Positions 24,201 to 36,200 of a DNA stretch of 64,000 nt are shown piece by piece; position 1 is the stretch's first letter; the number at the start of each line of letters is the position of its first letter. The stretch is from NCBI GenBank assembly GCA_964199315.1, contig OZ116709.1, positions 2,666,001 through 2,730,000 of the forward strand. The letters run 5' to 3'. Source of the stretch: Orbicella franksi (lineage: Eukaryota). The position numbers were made by a program, and so were the translations under genes. Under the pieces are notes generated by a model. That model saw nothing but the letters and a program-made list of their open reading frames with translations, had not been told where the DNA came from and searched no databases.

Positions 24201-27200
24201 ATATGTTTGCTTAGAGTTTCATTGGCTCAGTTGATTACCGTGTCTTTGTGATTGGCCAGAATACATGATTAATTTGGTTTTACCCTTAAGATATTTCTAA
24301 CGAGTGTTTTTACTTGTCTTCGAAATACAAACGTTTTTAAACTGACACGTTTTGGCAAACAAAGTCATACCGTTTAAATGAAAATACTTTTTTTCCAAAT
24401 GTTCCGGATAATCTTAACAAACTAACCTAATTTTTAAGCGAAAGCAGTCGACACTGGTCGATGACCGCAAACTGAAAAAGTATTCCCATGCATGGCCAAT
24501 TTTGTTCCAAAGGAAACGACGAAAATAATCTTTTCTGCGTCTCAGAATGAGAACTCACCTGATATGATAAGTCACGTGCAAAGACTTGTAGTCACGTGCA
24601 TTTACGCGGTAGGCTCTGTATAGTTTCCAGAAAACCTAGAAAAACATCAATTGGCAGCACTCAGCGCAAACTTCCTCAAGTAGCTATAATAGACTCAAAA
24701 TAGTTTTGCTCTGTATTTGGGGATCTGAGAAAACATTTCTCGGGTATTTTATAACAAAATTACATAATTTCACAAAATTTCACAAATTAACTAAAAAAGT
24801 TGTTTATCAATACAAGTAGAAAAGAACAATTATTCTACATACAGAAACACAGAAACTAACACAGCCGGGCAGGTAAAAATTAAACTAACTATTGTCAGGA
24901 GCCCGATATAGCCTCTAGTATTGCTGATGTGTGATTTTCTCTCTCAGGGAAACCAGGCGGACCCGGAGGACCAACAACAAAGCGACCAGGAAAACCCGGC
25001 AGTCCAGGAGGACCCGGAGGACCCGGAGGACCCGGTGGTCCAGGTGGACCCGGAGGTCCAGGTGGGCCGGGAGGTCCGGGAGGACCCGGAGGTCCAGGCG
25101 GTCCAACCAAGAAACCAGGAAAACCCGGGAAACCAGGCAAAACTACTACTAAACCCCCAGGAACACCCGGTGGTCCAGGTGGGCCTGGGGGACCCGGAGG
25201 TCCAGGAGGCCCCGGAGGTCCAGGAGGTCCCGGCGGATCCGGTGGGCCAGGGGGACCAAATGGCCCTACAACTGCTCCCCCAGGAAAACCAGGGGGACCC
25301 GGTGGTCCTGGAGGCCCTGGAGGTCCTGGAGGTCCTGGTGGTCCCGGAGGTCCCAAAACATCTCCACCCGGTAAGCCGGGTGGTCCAGGAGGACCCGGTG
25401 GACCTGGTGGGCCCGGAGGTCCCGGCGGACCTGGCGGACCCGGAGGGCCGGGATGTGTTATGCGCCCAGGAGTGCCAGGAGCAACCACAACACCGAAAAG
25501 TGGTCCGACAAAACCTGGAGCTGTCACACCAACAACTGGAAAACCGTGCGTCACGATTCCACCAGGTAATCTAATGCTCAATAGTCTGTTCCTTTACCAA
25601 GTGCTGTCATTACAGATTTCAACAAAGCTTGGTCAGATCTTGTATCCTTTTGTCCTGTAAAACTGAACTTAATTTAACCGCATTTAATAGATTCTATTGT
25701 AATAAGGCACTTTCTTTATGATTAAGGTTTTACCGTTGTACGGAAACCAACAACTGTCCCCACGAAGCCAGTCGGACCATCAGGTCCCACTACAAACCCC
25801 GCTGCTACAACATCACCCAGTAAAGGTATGTGACGCGATAAGCACTTTTAAGTGTTCTAACACTTTTTTTTGTTTTAGATAACTAACATTACATGTGGCT
25901 GACCCCTGAAATTGCTGTTTGTTAAGTTCCTACCAACGTAACAGTTGCACGTTTAACTATAATGGCAACTCGGTTACCGACTTTGAGAATAAACGTACTA
26001 AAAATTATCTGCGACAATAGCGATGAATTATACATGATGTGTATTATAGTTCTAGAGAAATGCACTCAGGATGTGTGACCGCACGACCCGCCTAGATTAG
26101 CTCAGCTACCCGCGGGCATGTTATAATTGTTATAATAAAATGTATGTATGTATATATGTTCTCCAACTGTTGGGTTTATACGTAGTGCATGCGTGGAAAT
26201 TACGTTTGTTCTTGAGATTTTTGAAGGTCGGATAATGTATGTCACTATCTGGTATGCATGTATTTAAACATTCTGTAAATAAAGATCTCTTCTTCTATAC
26301 CCAAGGTAACATATGGTTAAAAGTAACTTTCCGTGATCTGGGGGTAAGGCCCTGGTCAAACGTCGAACTTCACTTGAGACGAACTAAACATGATAAGTTC
26401 TACGTTTGACTCAACTAAGTTCGTTGACTGAATTTAGATCGACTTGCACGTTCTATCCGTCTGAAGTTTAAATCGACTCAAATTGCAATTTGGTTCGTCT
26501 CATGGGAAGTCTGACGTTTCTACCTGGGCCTAAACTTTTTTTTCGCAGCGGGATAGAAGTTGAGTCTTTCTACGTTTTGCCGAGGCGATGGTCTTTCACC
26601 TGCTGCACGTACTATAATAAGCCTACAATAACCCTTTGACAATGTTATTCTTTTATACAGTGTGCAAAGCAAAGGTGGATATTGCTTTCGTGATCGACAT
26701 CGCCGGTGGTGTCAAAAGAAATTTCAACAGTATTAAGAAATTCTTCTTAGAACTGGTGGATTCCTTCACCATCTCTAGTCAAGATGTCCGGATTGGTTTA
26801 GTTGTAAACTCGTACAGTCCAGGAGTGAAGTTAAGCTTTGGTCAGTACAACAGCCCCAGAAAGATAAAAAGCGTTATTCAACTGTTACAACCAGTTGGTG
26901 GAGCTAGGAAGACTGGAAAGGCATTAGAACTTGCACTAAAACGCCTCTTTATTGCCAGCAAGGGCAAGAAAACGTTAATACTCCTTACCGTGGGGAAGTC
27001 TTTAGACAAAGTGCTTGGTCCAGTACAACAGCTCGTTGCTATGGGAGTGAATATCTTCAGTATTGGCGTGATGCCCGGTGCTATTCGCAGTGAAGTCCTT
27101 ACCATAGCTAAAGATCCACAACACGCGTACGAGACCAACTTTAGAAGTCTGGGGAATATTGTGAAACGAGTGAAGGACAAGGCATGCGCAGGTATGTTTT

Positions 27201-30200
27201 AAGATCTACAATAGCTGTGTGTTTAACGGAAAAATTAGGCCTATAGTCAATATTCTTTACTTCGACATGAAATGCTTTTATTGAACATTCTAGTTTAATT
27301 AGCATAGGTCGTCGTATGAATGCCAGTGCAATTAGCTGTTTACACTACGAGTGATATCTGAAAATTAAGGAAGTGCAATTTGAACGAATTTTCAAATATC
27401 ATGAGTAGTATCTTAATTGCTCGAGTTTTCATACCATTAATCATTTATTTGATGACTGAGAAAATTATGAAAACGCGCGCGTTAATTTGCACTAAATTAA
27501 CAATAAATTAGCCCGCTTTCAGCCAGTCACGGTGAAGTAATTTTCTCGGTCATATAATAAATAACAATAACAGTATTACTCTCCCTGTATTGTTTCTAGA
27601 CTTAATACAGTGTACAATAAAACCGATAACATAAAGATATATTCCAAAGAACTTAAGATTTAAAAGCTAAAAATTTTCAGAAAACATCAGCAGTACTTGA
27701 TTGTAAAATTGATTTTTATCAGGTTCCGAAAGCATTAAACTGGGTGAAGATCTGACTTTACATCTAACTAACTCATTTCTTTTACTCGCTCTTAACACAG
27801 AGGCAGGAGGCAGTCCACAGAGACCGAAAAAGCCTACTACCAGATCAAGTGAGTAATCACTTAATGTCATTTATTACAAGCTACTGCAGGTCTCGAAATC
27901 AACTTTACTTACTTAACAGACTGGTTATTAATTCAGCATGATCAAGTTATAAAGACCATGACATCTCAGGAAAAATAAATGAGACGCACAAATTTTTGAC
28001 GCCGCATTTCCTTACGTTTTTAAATCCCCTGACCCTGAAAACTTTACCTTCACCAACTGATCATTTTAACTACATTCCATTTCTAATCACAAATGTGTCT
28101 GTTTTCTAACCAGAGCCTCCAAAGGCTGTTGCTATTTTCCCACTCAACAAAAAGACTCGCGGAAAAGACATTGGTCCATTGGGGAATAGCCCAGGAATTC
28201 TGTACAATGTTCGACCCACTCCGGGCCCGAACGGCCAACCTGGTGGAGCTATAAAGTTCCCAAAATACAGGACTGGATACGTGGAGTTTCCTAACAGCGG
28301 GAAACTGGACACCAAGAATTCCATAACCGTGACAGTCTGGGTCAAGCCTGACGGACCAGGAACGATCTTCGAGTACAAGCCAAGAGGAGTGACATTTGGC
28401 ATTCGTTCGCCGGATACTCTGTATGTTCGTTTTATACGCCGAAACGGACGACCAACCAAAACTGTCAAAACAAGGCGGCGAGGAGTAATTCTTCGAAAAT
28501 GGAACTACATCGCGGTCACTTATGATCAGCGGACGGGCACTGGGACCATCTGGCGGAATTCTCGCCCCATTGCCTTCCAGAAACTCGGTTGGATCAGACT
28601 TGCGACGAAGAATCCGTTCAGACTGGGCGGGGCCACTCGCACTCGGCTTCCTTTCCGAGGCAGTATGACGTGTCTTCAGATTTACAGCGATGCTTTGACT
28701 GGGCCACAAATAAAGAACGTACAGAATGTTTGCATCAGACCAGGTAATAATCTTCATGTCTTTCAAGAATTCTTGACAGAGAGTCTCATTCAATCGGCAA
28801 TCCCAGAGTCTGGACAATAGCGTCTGAATCTATAATTCACAAGACCGTTAGATGTTCGTTGCTTGTAGGATTGTATCACATGATACCAGTAGTGACAGGC
28901 TGAAGATCTTGAACTCTAAATGCAAAACCATCTTCCAGTTGAAAGGCCTACACCGAATCTGCCAATGTTCAGGTGTTTCTGCTTAATTAACCAGATTCGG
29001 TTGGACTTTCAATAACATCTTACGAAATGGTTTACAAAAAAAAAAATTGATTTGACTGTCTCATTCGTAGAGAAATATCCCAATGTAATAACCTTTTACT
29101 GATCGGACATGGTTCTTTTATTCTCAGGTCAACCTACTCCCACACGTCCTCCTACGGCTCCTGCTCCAGGTAAGAAAAAAGTACCTAGCAGTTCCTTGGA
29201 ATAGATGTGTTTTACCTCCAAAATGTATTTATATTTTGCATATATTCCGTTTTTGTTAAACTTTTAGCTAGATACACGACCCCACAAGCAAACCTATTGC
29301 TTTAAACCAAATCGAGTTTGAAATAAAGGATTGTTGTTATGGTTGTTGTTGTTAATTGAGCCTGTTTAAAGAAAAGCTACTTGTCAGTGCCGTCGAAAAT
29401 GTTGCCGTCAGACCCCGCTTTTGAAGGGTAGAATAAATCTCAACTGCATCCTTAACGTAAGCTGCGGTCAGATTTCCTCAGACTTAAACATCAATACAGC
29501 ACATTGGCGTACATGGCTTAAACTCAGAGCTTTGGCTATATTAATACTACTCCTCTTTGCACACAATGTATGGAAATGTTTTGAAAAGAAGATAACAAAC
29601 GCAAAAAGGCAAAAACTCACTGCTTAGTATTTGGCATTTCTAATACACTCATTGATGGACCAGGGTAAGATTAACTGGGTGAGGGTGTTTTTGATCTAAA
29701 TCAGCTTCTTCCTGCCATATTTTTTCAGCATTACCACCTGCAATGGCATTCTTCCCGCTAACATCCAAATATGGTCCCCGAGACGTAAGTCCATCAAGAA
29801 ACCTTCCTGGGAAAATCGTAGGTGCATTGCCTACCCGAGGACCCGACGGCCAACCAGGAGGTGCTTTCAAGTTCCGAGGTCGTGCCGACAGCTACATCGA
29901 GTTTCCGAACAACGGCCGACTGGATACGAAGGATTCTATGACGATTCTTGCGTATGTTAATCCCGAATCGGCTGGACCCATCTTTAACTACAACCCAAAG
30001 GGGTTTGGAATGCATTTCTGGATGGTTCGACCGAATGTGTTATTTGCTCGCTTTGTGAAAAGGTCCAAAAAGTTCACAAGACCTGTAGCTACCAACAGAG
30101 TCAAGCCACGAACATGGAATTGGGTTGCAGCTTCATACGATAAGAACACTGGATACGCAAGGTTATACGTGGATTCAAGAATATCAGCTGAAAGGAACCT

Positions 30201-33200
30201 TGGCAGAATAAAACTTGCTACTAACTATCCTGTGAGAATGGGCGCGCGCATTAGAGATAGGAGATTTTTCCGCGGGAAAATCACATGTTTACAGTTGTTC
30301 AACGTGGCTCTGACAAGTCGACAAATCCGTGCTGCGAGAAAGAACTGTTTTAAGTCAGGTTGGTCAAGTTCGAAATGGAATTATTTACTTTAAGCACGGT
30401 AATATATTATGAATGCTAATTACAAGAGAGTTTTACAGCTTATCATGACAGTGGGCATGTTTGAAACGTTGCGTGAATTCTTGCTTTTCCAGCTTAACAG
30501 GTTTTGGTATCCAGTCACATCTTAAGCCTCCACAGCTCTCACTATGGATGAAAAAAATACAAGTGTTTCACAGAATGTTTTGTTTCACATTCCTTTTATT
30601 TCAAATGGGTAAAAAGTTCGTTAAACAATTTTACTTCGCGTAAACTTCAAACGAAAAAGTTTGGATATTCTTTATTAGTATATTCTCAGCTCCGACTATT
30701 GCATTTCTAGCTCTCTGATTGGCTCAAAAACTCCGACTATGAGCCATTAGTCGGAGTTTTACCTTATATGGAAAACAGTGCGCCAAGTTTAAAAATTTTC
30801 CGCTCTGTAAAATTGTTGAAATAAAAATCGGCGGCAAAAACCCGATTAAGAATATACTAAAACAATTATTCCATTCGACCTTGTTGGATATGAAGTGATC
30901 ATAACCAACTCGCGCTACGCGCTCGTTGGTTATTTATCACTTCATATCCAACGCGGTTTCATGGAATAATTGTTAAATAGAAAATACGCGACTGCAACTC
31001 TTGTTCCTTCTCATATGAAAATTGCTGCTTTATCTGTTTTAGGAAGAATCACACCAACCAAGCCAGTGCCGGTAATTACGAAACCCACCCCCGGTAAGTC
31101 TTTTGTCCTGTGCGCTTATTGCTTGTTCAAATATATAGAATACACTACATCCAATATCAAAACAATATTCGCATTGCGCTAGAATGTGCAAGTCTAAGCT
31201 TTCAAGATAGAATGATTTCATCTTTAATAAAGTGATCGAAAACGTTTTTTTTTCCATTTCGAACAGCTATTCGCAACTTGGTGGCTGTGTACCCACTAGA
31301 CGCCACTAACGGTGCACGTGACCTCAGCCCTACCAAAAACCTCCCAGGAAAACTTTCGGGAGTAAGTATCGTCCCAGGCCCCGACAGGCAGCCGGACACT
31401 GCGTTGCGGTTCTCTGGTAGTCCTGTCAGTTACATCGAGTTTCCAAACAATGGGAGACTGGACACCAGACGCTCTATCACCTGCTCGGTGTGGGTTTTTA
31501 ACGAAGGGAGGGGAGGCACTGTATTCCAGTACAACCCCAACGGACAAGGAGTTGGGTTGAAGATTATCGGAGCCAATCAAATTGAAGCGCGCATTGTCAG
31601 TCGAAGAGGAGCTAAAAATATCCCAGTGAGAACTCTAAAGAAGGCCTTCAAGCCCAGAACTTGGACATACATTGGTTTCAGTTATGATTACACATTAGGT
31701 ATTGTGAAAATTTATGTCAATGACAAGCTAGTCATAACAAGAGTCATTGGTCGAATGGAGCTTCTTACGAACAGACCAGCGCGAGCAGGATCAACAAGGC
31801 GTGGAAGGAGATTCTTCCGCGGTCGCATGTCCTGTATACAGATTTACAGCAGAGCTTTGAGTGATTATGAGATCAGCACAGTCAAGACAAGGTGCTTCAA
31901 AGGAGGTATGATGCTTGGAACAGTTGTCAATCACACTCGTGTTGTAGTCTTACCTCTCCAGTGTAGTTAATATGTTGTGAGTTAATTTCTTAGCCTTAGT
32001 TATAGCACATTTCGCGTTTTGGTTGTAAAAATAGACCTGACATGAAAGACTTTTACATTCATAGGTTTGAAACAAAGACAATTTGAAATGAAAAAGTTCA
32101 TGTTGACATTGAAATCTCATGTTGTTCAGTTTAAAGCAGCGCAATTTGCATCAGAGTGCGAAATGTCCTATTCTTTCTCGATGTTTGAACGAAGGTCGGT
32201 ATCTCTCTTTCTTCCTATACGGAAAGTTCAACAGAACAGCTCCTTAGTAAAATCGACATCAGTCAAGCATCTCCATTTGTTAATAGACAGGAAATCGTCT
32301 TAGTCTCACGGGTTCTTATAGAATATTTACAGTTGTTAGCAAAAAACAGCCTACGAGTACATGAAGTTATAAAAGTGGATCGAAGTAAAGGATAAAAGTG
32401 GAATGAATAGCTGAAAAATATCATTGCCGCTAATTTTGACGTTACAAGTACAACTTTTTCTTTTTTCTAGCCGAAGGAAAACCACCGAGCAAACCTTCGA
32501 CAGGTAAGGAGCAAGATTATTATCATTTTGTCGTTGCTTTCTGCATAATATTTAGCTAAGTTATGCGTTCCTAGTTTTTTTAGCTGCCCCGACGCCGGTG
32601 GCAACCTACCCGCTCAGCGGAGTACTCGGAAGACGTGACATCTCGCCAAATAAAAACCCGCGAGCCAGACTGCGAAATGTGAAGCCAGGTAACGGACCCG
32701 ATGGTCTTCCTTCAGGCGCCATAAAGCTCAATGGTAGCCCTAACAGCTATGTTTTGTTTCCAAACAATGGAAAACTCGACACTGTGGGCGAAATAACGAT
32801 CACAGTGTGGGTGAAGCCGAAAAGCGCTGGACCAATCTTTCATTATAAGCCTCGGACATGGGGAGGGGTGCATGTCTGGGTGGTGGGACGGCCAGGCCAA
32901 CGAAAGTTTTTCGTCAGATTCTCCGCGCGGTCTGGGAAGACTGTGCGAGCAATAAGGAGCAGCCATGTTAAGATGGGACGGTGGAATTACCTGGCGGTTA
33001 CTTATGACAAAAAGAAGGGAGTTGGAACCATCTGGAGAAATGGCATCCCTGTGGCTCAGGTACTCATGAAACATAGCAATTATAGACATATTTCCCCCTC
33101 TATAACACGATTTAACTCAGTTCAAATAAGAAGTCTCGTATGTAAGCTTACTGATTCAGAGCAAGAGAATATCGCACGGTCAGCAGAACCTAAAAAACAA

Positions 33201-36200
33201 GCCGTTTCAAAACTTGTTGAATTTGATAAAAGGAAACTCCTTGTCTTTCGCTGGTCAACTTGAACAAGGTTAGTAAGCACAAAGTATAAGTACCGATAAC
33301 AAATATGTTAATTGTTTATTCAAATAGCGGAGTGTCGGGATTTATAAACTCGCAACTAACTATCCCGCTGTCATGGGACGCAAGCCAGGTGACCGACGGA
33401 TCTTCAAGGGAAGTATTTCTTGCTTGCAAATCTTCAACAAAGCCTTGATCGGATCACAGATCCGAGTACAGAAGAGAAAATGCTTCAGACGAAGTAAGGA
33501 TTGTTTCGTTACCCTTTTCTGACAACAAAAAAACACATAGACAAACGGAGAGACAGTCCGACAGACAGACAGAGAGACAGACAGACAAAAACAGAATGAC
33601 ACAGTTAGGTCTAACAAGAGAAATCAAACAGACAGTCAGCCGGATAGGTAGATGGAAAAACCAACAAACAGTTCTAACACGTTACTTTGTAACAAAGCAA
33701 TAATCCTCAATCCGGTCCATCAATTTACTAAGACTAGTTCTCCCTGTCCCCAGGGGAACACTAGAAAGCTGCAGACAAATGTCTCTACGACACTCACGAA
33801 GCACTCTCCTTTCCCTTCTACACCTCATTTTATGGTATTTTTCGTGAGTATAACTACTTAAGTCAGTACATAACAACTGTAACGTTCTTACTTTCTCTTC
33901 GTAGAACCAAACCCGAAACCTCCAAAACCCAAACCAGGTACGTTTTTGTATAATATGCAACATTGAAATTACTCGATAATAACTTGTTAGTACGTTAGGA
34001 TATTTTTTCTAAGGACCTTTGAACCCAGTTCTGATTTTTTCTCCATAGCCGGTGGACCCTTCACCATATACTTTTGCTCCTATTTCACAGCTCAGCCAAT
34101 GCTCATGGGACTTTACCCGTTTGATCCAATCAGTAAGGGCCGAGATAGAAGCCCTAATAAGGCGCCTAAAGCTGTGTTCAATAACGTGCGCTTGACGCGA
34201 GGGCCGGATGGCCGACCAAACGCTGCGGTCTATCTACTTGGCAGTCCAAACAGCTACGTTGAAATTCCGAATAACAGCAAGTTACGTACATCAAACGCGA
34301 TCTCCATGTTTGCTTGGATCAAGCCCAAAGGAGGTAGTTCTGGTCCCATTATTAACTACAACAGAGGACCTGCCTGGGAGACTCATCTGTGGGTCACAGC
34401 CCCCAAAACGCTGTTTGTTCGTTACGTGAAGGTTGGCGGTATCGCTACTTCTTCATTGTCCAAAGCAAAGCTGAGACAAAATGTTTGGAACTTTGTCGGC
34501 TCAACGTATGATGGAACTTATGCCACGCTGTGGGTGAATGCCAAAAAAGTGGCTTCGCGCAAAATCGGAAGTATTAAATTGTCGACAAGTGGACCGATTA
34601 GGATCGGAGCTAAGGTCGGCGATCCTCGTTATTTTAAAGGAGCTGTCGCGTGTGTGCAACTTTATCGCGTGGCTTTACAGAAGAAGCAAGTGATAAGGGC
34701 AATGAAAAGATGTCTCAGACGTGAGTATTTCTTTAAATGACTGAAATGAAGTCAAGTTTAGAAATAAAGTAGACTGTTAGTAGGAATGAATTTCCTTGTT
34801 CGCAATTCCAAAAACCGGAATTGGCCGGCACCCTCCCGATTGCTGCATTTGATTTAAAGAGACTTTCCTTGCATACGGCTGGCGCGCCTCAAATTTAAAT
34901 TGACCAATTACGTACTGTCCTGACGTCAATATATGTTAACAGGAAAGGCATTGCATTCACGGTCAGGCGACGGCATTGAATATCAGTTCACGAAAAAGTG
35001 AAAACGCGGCATGAAACGTTTTGCGTCTCCAAGCTTTTAAAATGGGTCACCCGTGTACGGCGTTTCGTTCGTAGTTGAGTGTCGTCAGGTTGGATAATAG
35101 CTGTGTTATTTTCAACAAAATATGTTATTCCTCGTCAAATTAAACTCAGAAAAGAGGCCAAAGCAACTTGTCTTTATTTCTTTCAGCTGCGAAGACTAGT
35201 CCTTTCGTTTCGGTAGGACAGCTTGGTTTTGACTGCCGTTCGTACGGTGGACGCATTCGCCTTATGCAAAGCCTTTAACGTAACACCTTTTAAATTGCTG
35301 ATCAATTTTTATTCTCTATTCAGGTCGTCCAGCTGTTACTCCTCGTCCCACTCTCCGGCCGCCTCCACCAACTCAGGCTCCTGCATGTAAGTAGAAAACG
35401 AGGTGTCCCTTCCTTTCTTGCTCAAAAAGAACCAGTAACCCGTAGGGTTGACTGTCTGCGTTAAGCCCACAAAGTAATGTTTGTCATCGATCACCTAGCC
35501 ATTGAACTTGTATTGCGATAAGATAGGTTAACTGACATGATGCTACAAGATGAAAAATGTAAAACAAACGAGGTCAACCGATTGGATGACTATAATCTAT
35601 ACGAAAATTTTAATACTGAGTGAGCAGCCTGGATAGGTGGACGTGATTCTGCTGTTTCAGAATTGATTAATCCAGTTAACGTATACCGTCACGTGGGTGT
35701 AATTTTAGTTAAAAACAATTATAGAACACTGAGGCACATGTGTTGCCCGGCTAGCTCAGTCGGTAGAGCATGAGACTCTTAATCTCAGGGTCGTGGGTTC
35801 GAGCCCAACGTTGCGCGCACAAGTTTTTACTTGAATTGAATGAGAAATTTTGTCGTTCTCCTTTTGATTATGTCAAGATCAGCGAGAAATAACTCAGTTT
35901 TTTATCACTTCATTCTTATCTAGTTTTATTTCGTTATTTTATCAAGTGCCTTCTACACCCGTGGTTCTGTATCCATTAAACAAGCGATATAGAGGAATCG
36001 AAAAACTGGGAAGGAATCCCCCCGCCATTCTCAGCAGAGTACGACTTGTGCCTGGGCCCGACAAACGACCCGGAAGTGCATACGAATTGAAAGGAAAACC
36101 CGACAGCTACATTAAGATCCGGAACAGAGGTCGGCTGGATACTAGTAAAGCCATGACAGTCCTTATATGGGCATTACCAAAAAACCGCATGGGACCCATC

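Larger units (their letters stand above)
16762..25565 (+). other. Module: (Gly-Gly-Pro)n blocks alternating with Lys/Thr/Pro linkers, 8 exons, 3,504 nt (about 1,168 aa)
   Basis: Runs of PGGPGGPGG separated by TTKPTKKP-type linkers, read on the + strand between canonical phase-1 splice sites. Confidence 0.9.

Noticed and set aside
17659-25574. Long +strand ORFs rich in V/E/D/Q/R (for example 17659-18477, 23230-23901, 24921-25574)
   Set aside because: Shifted frames of the GGP exons, incompatible with the splice phases.
16990-25581. Minus-strand (GPP)n 'collagen' ORFs as a real gene
   Set aside because: They are forced by codon symmetry with the + strand GGP. The linkers read as hydrophobic V/F/L/G shadows, and splice sites and the signal peptide support only the + strand.
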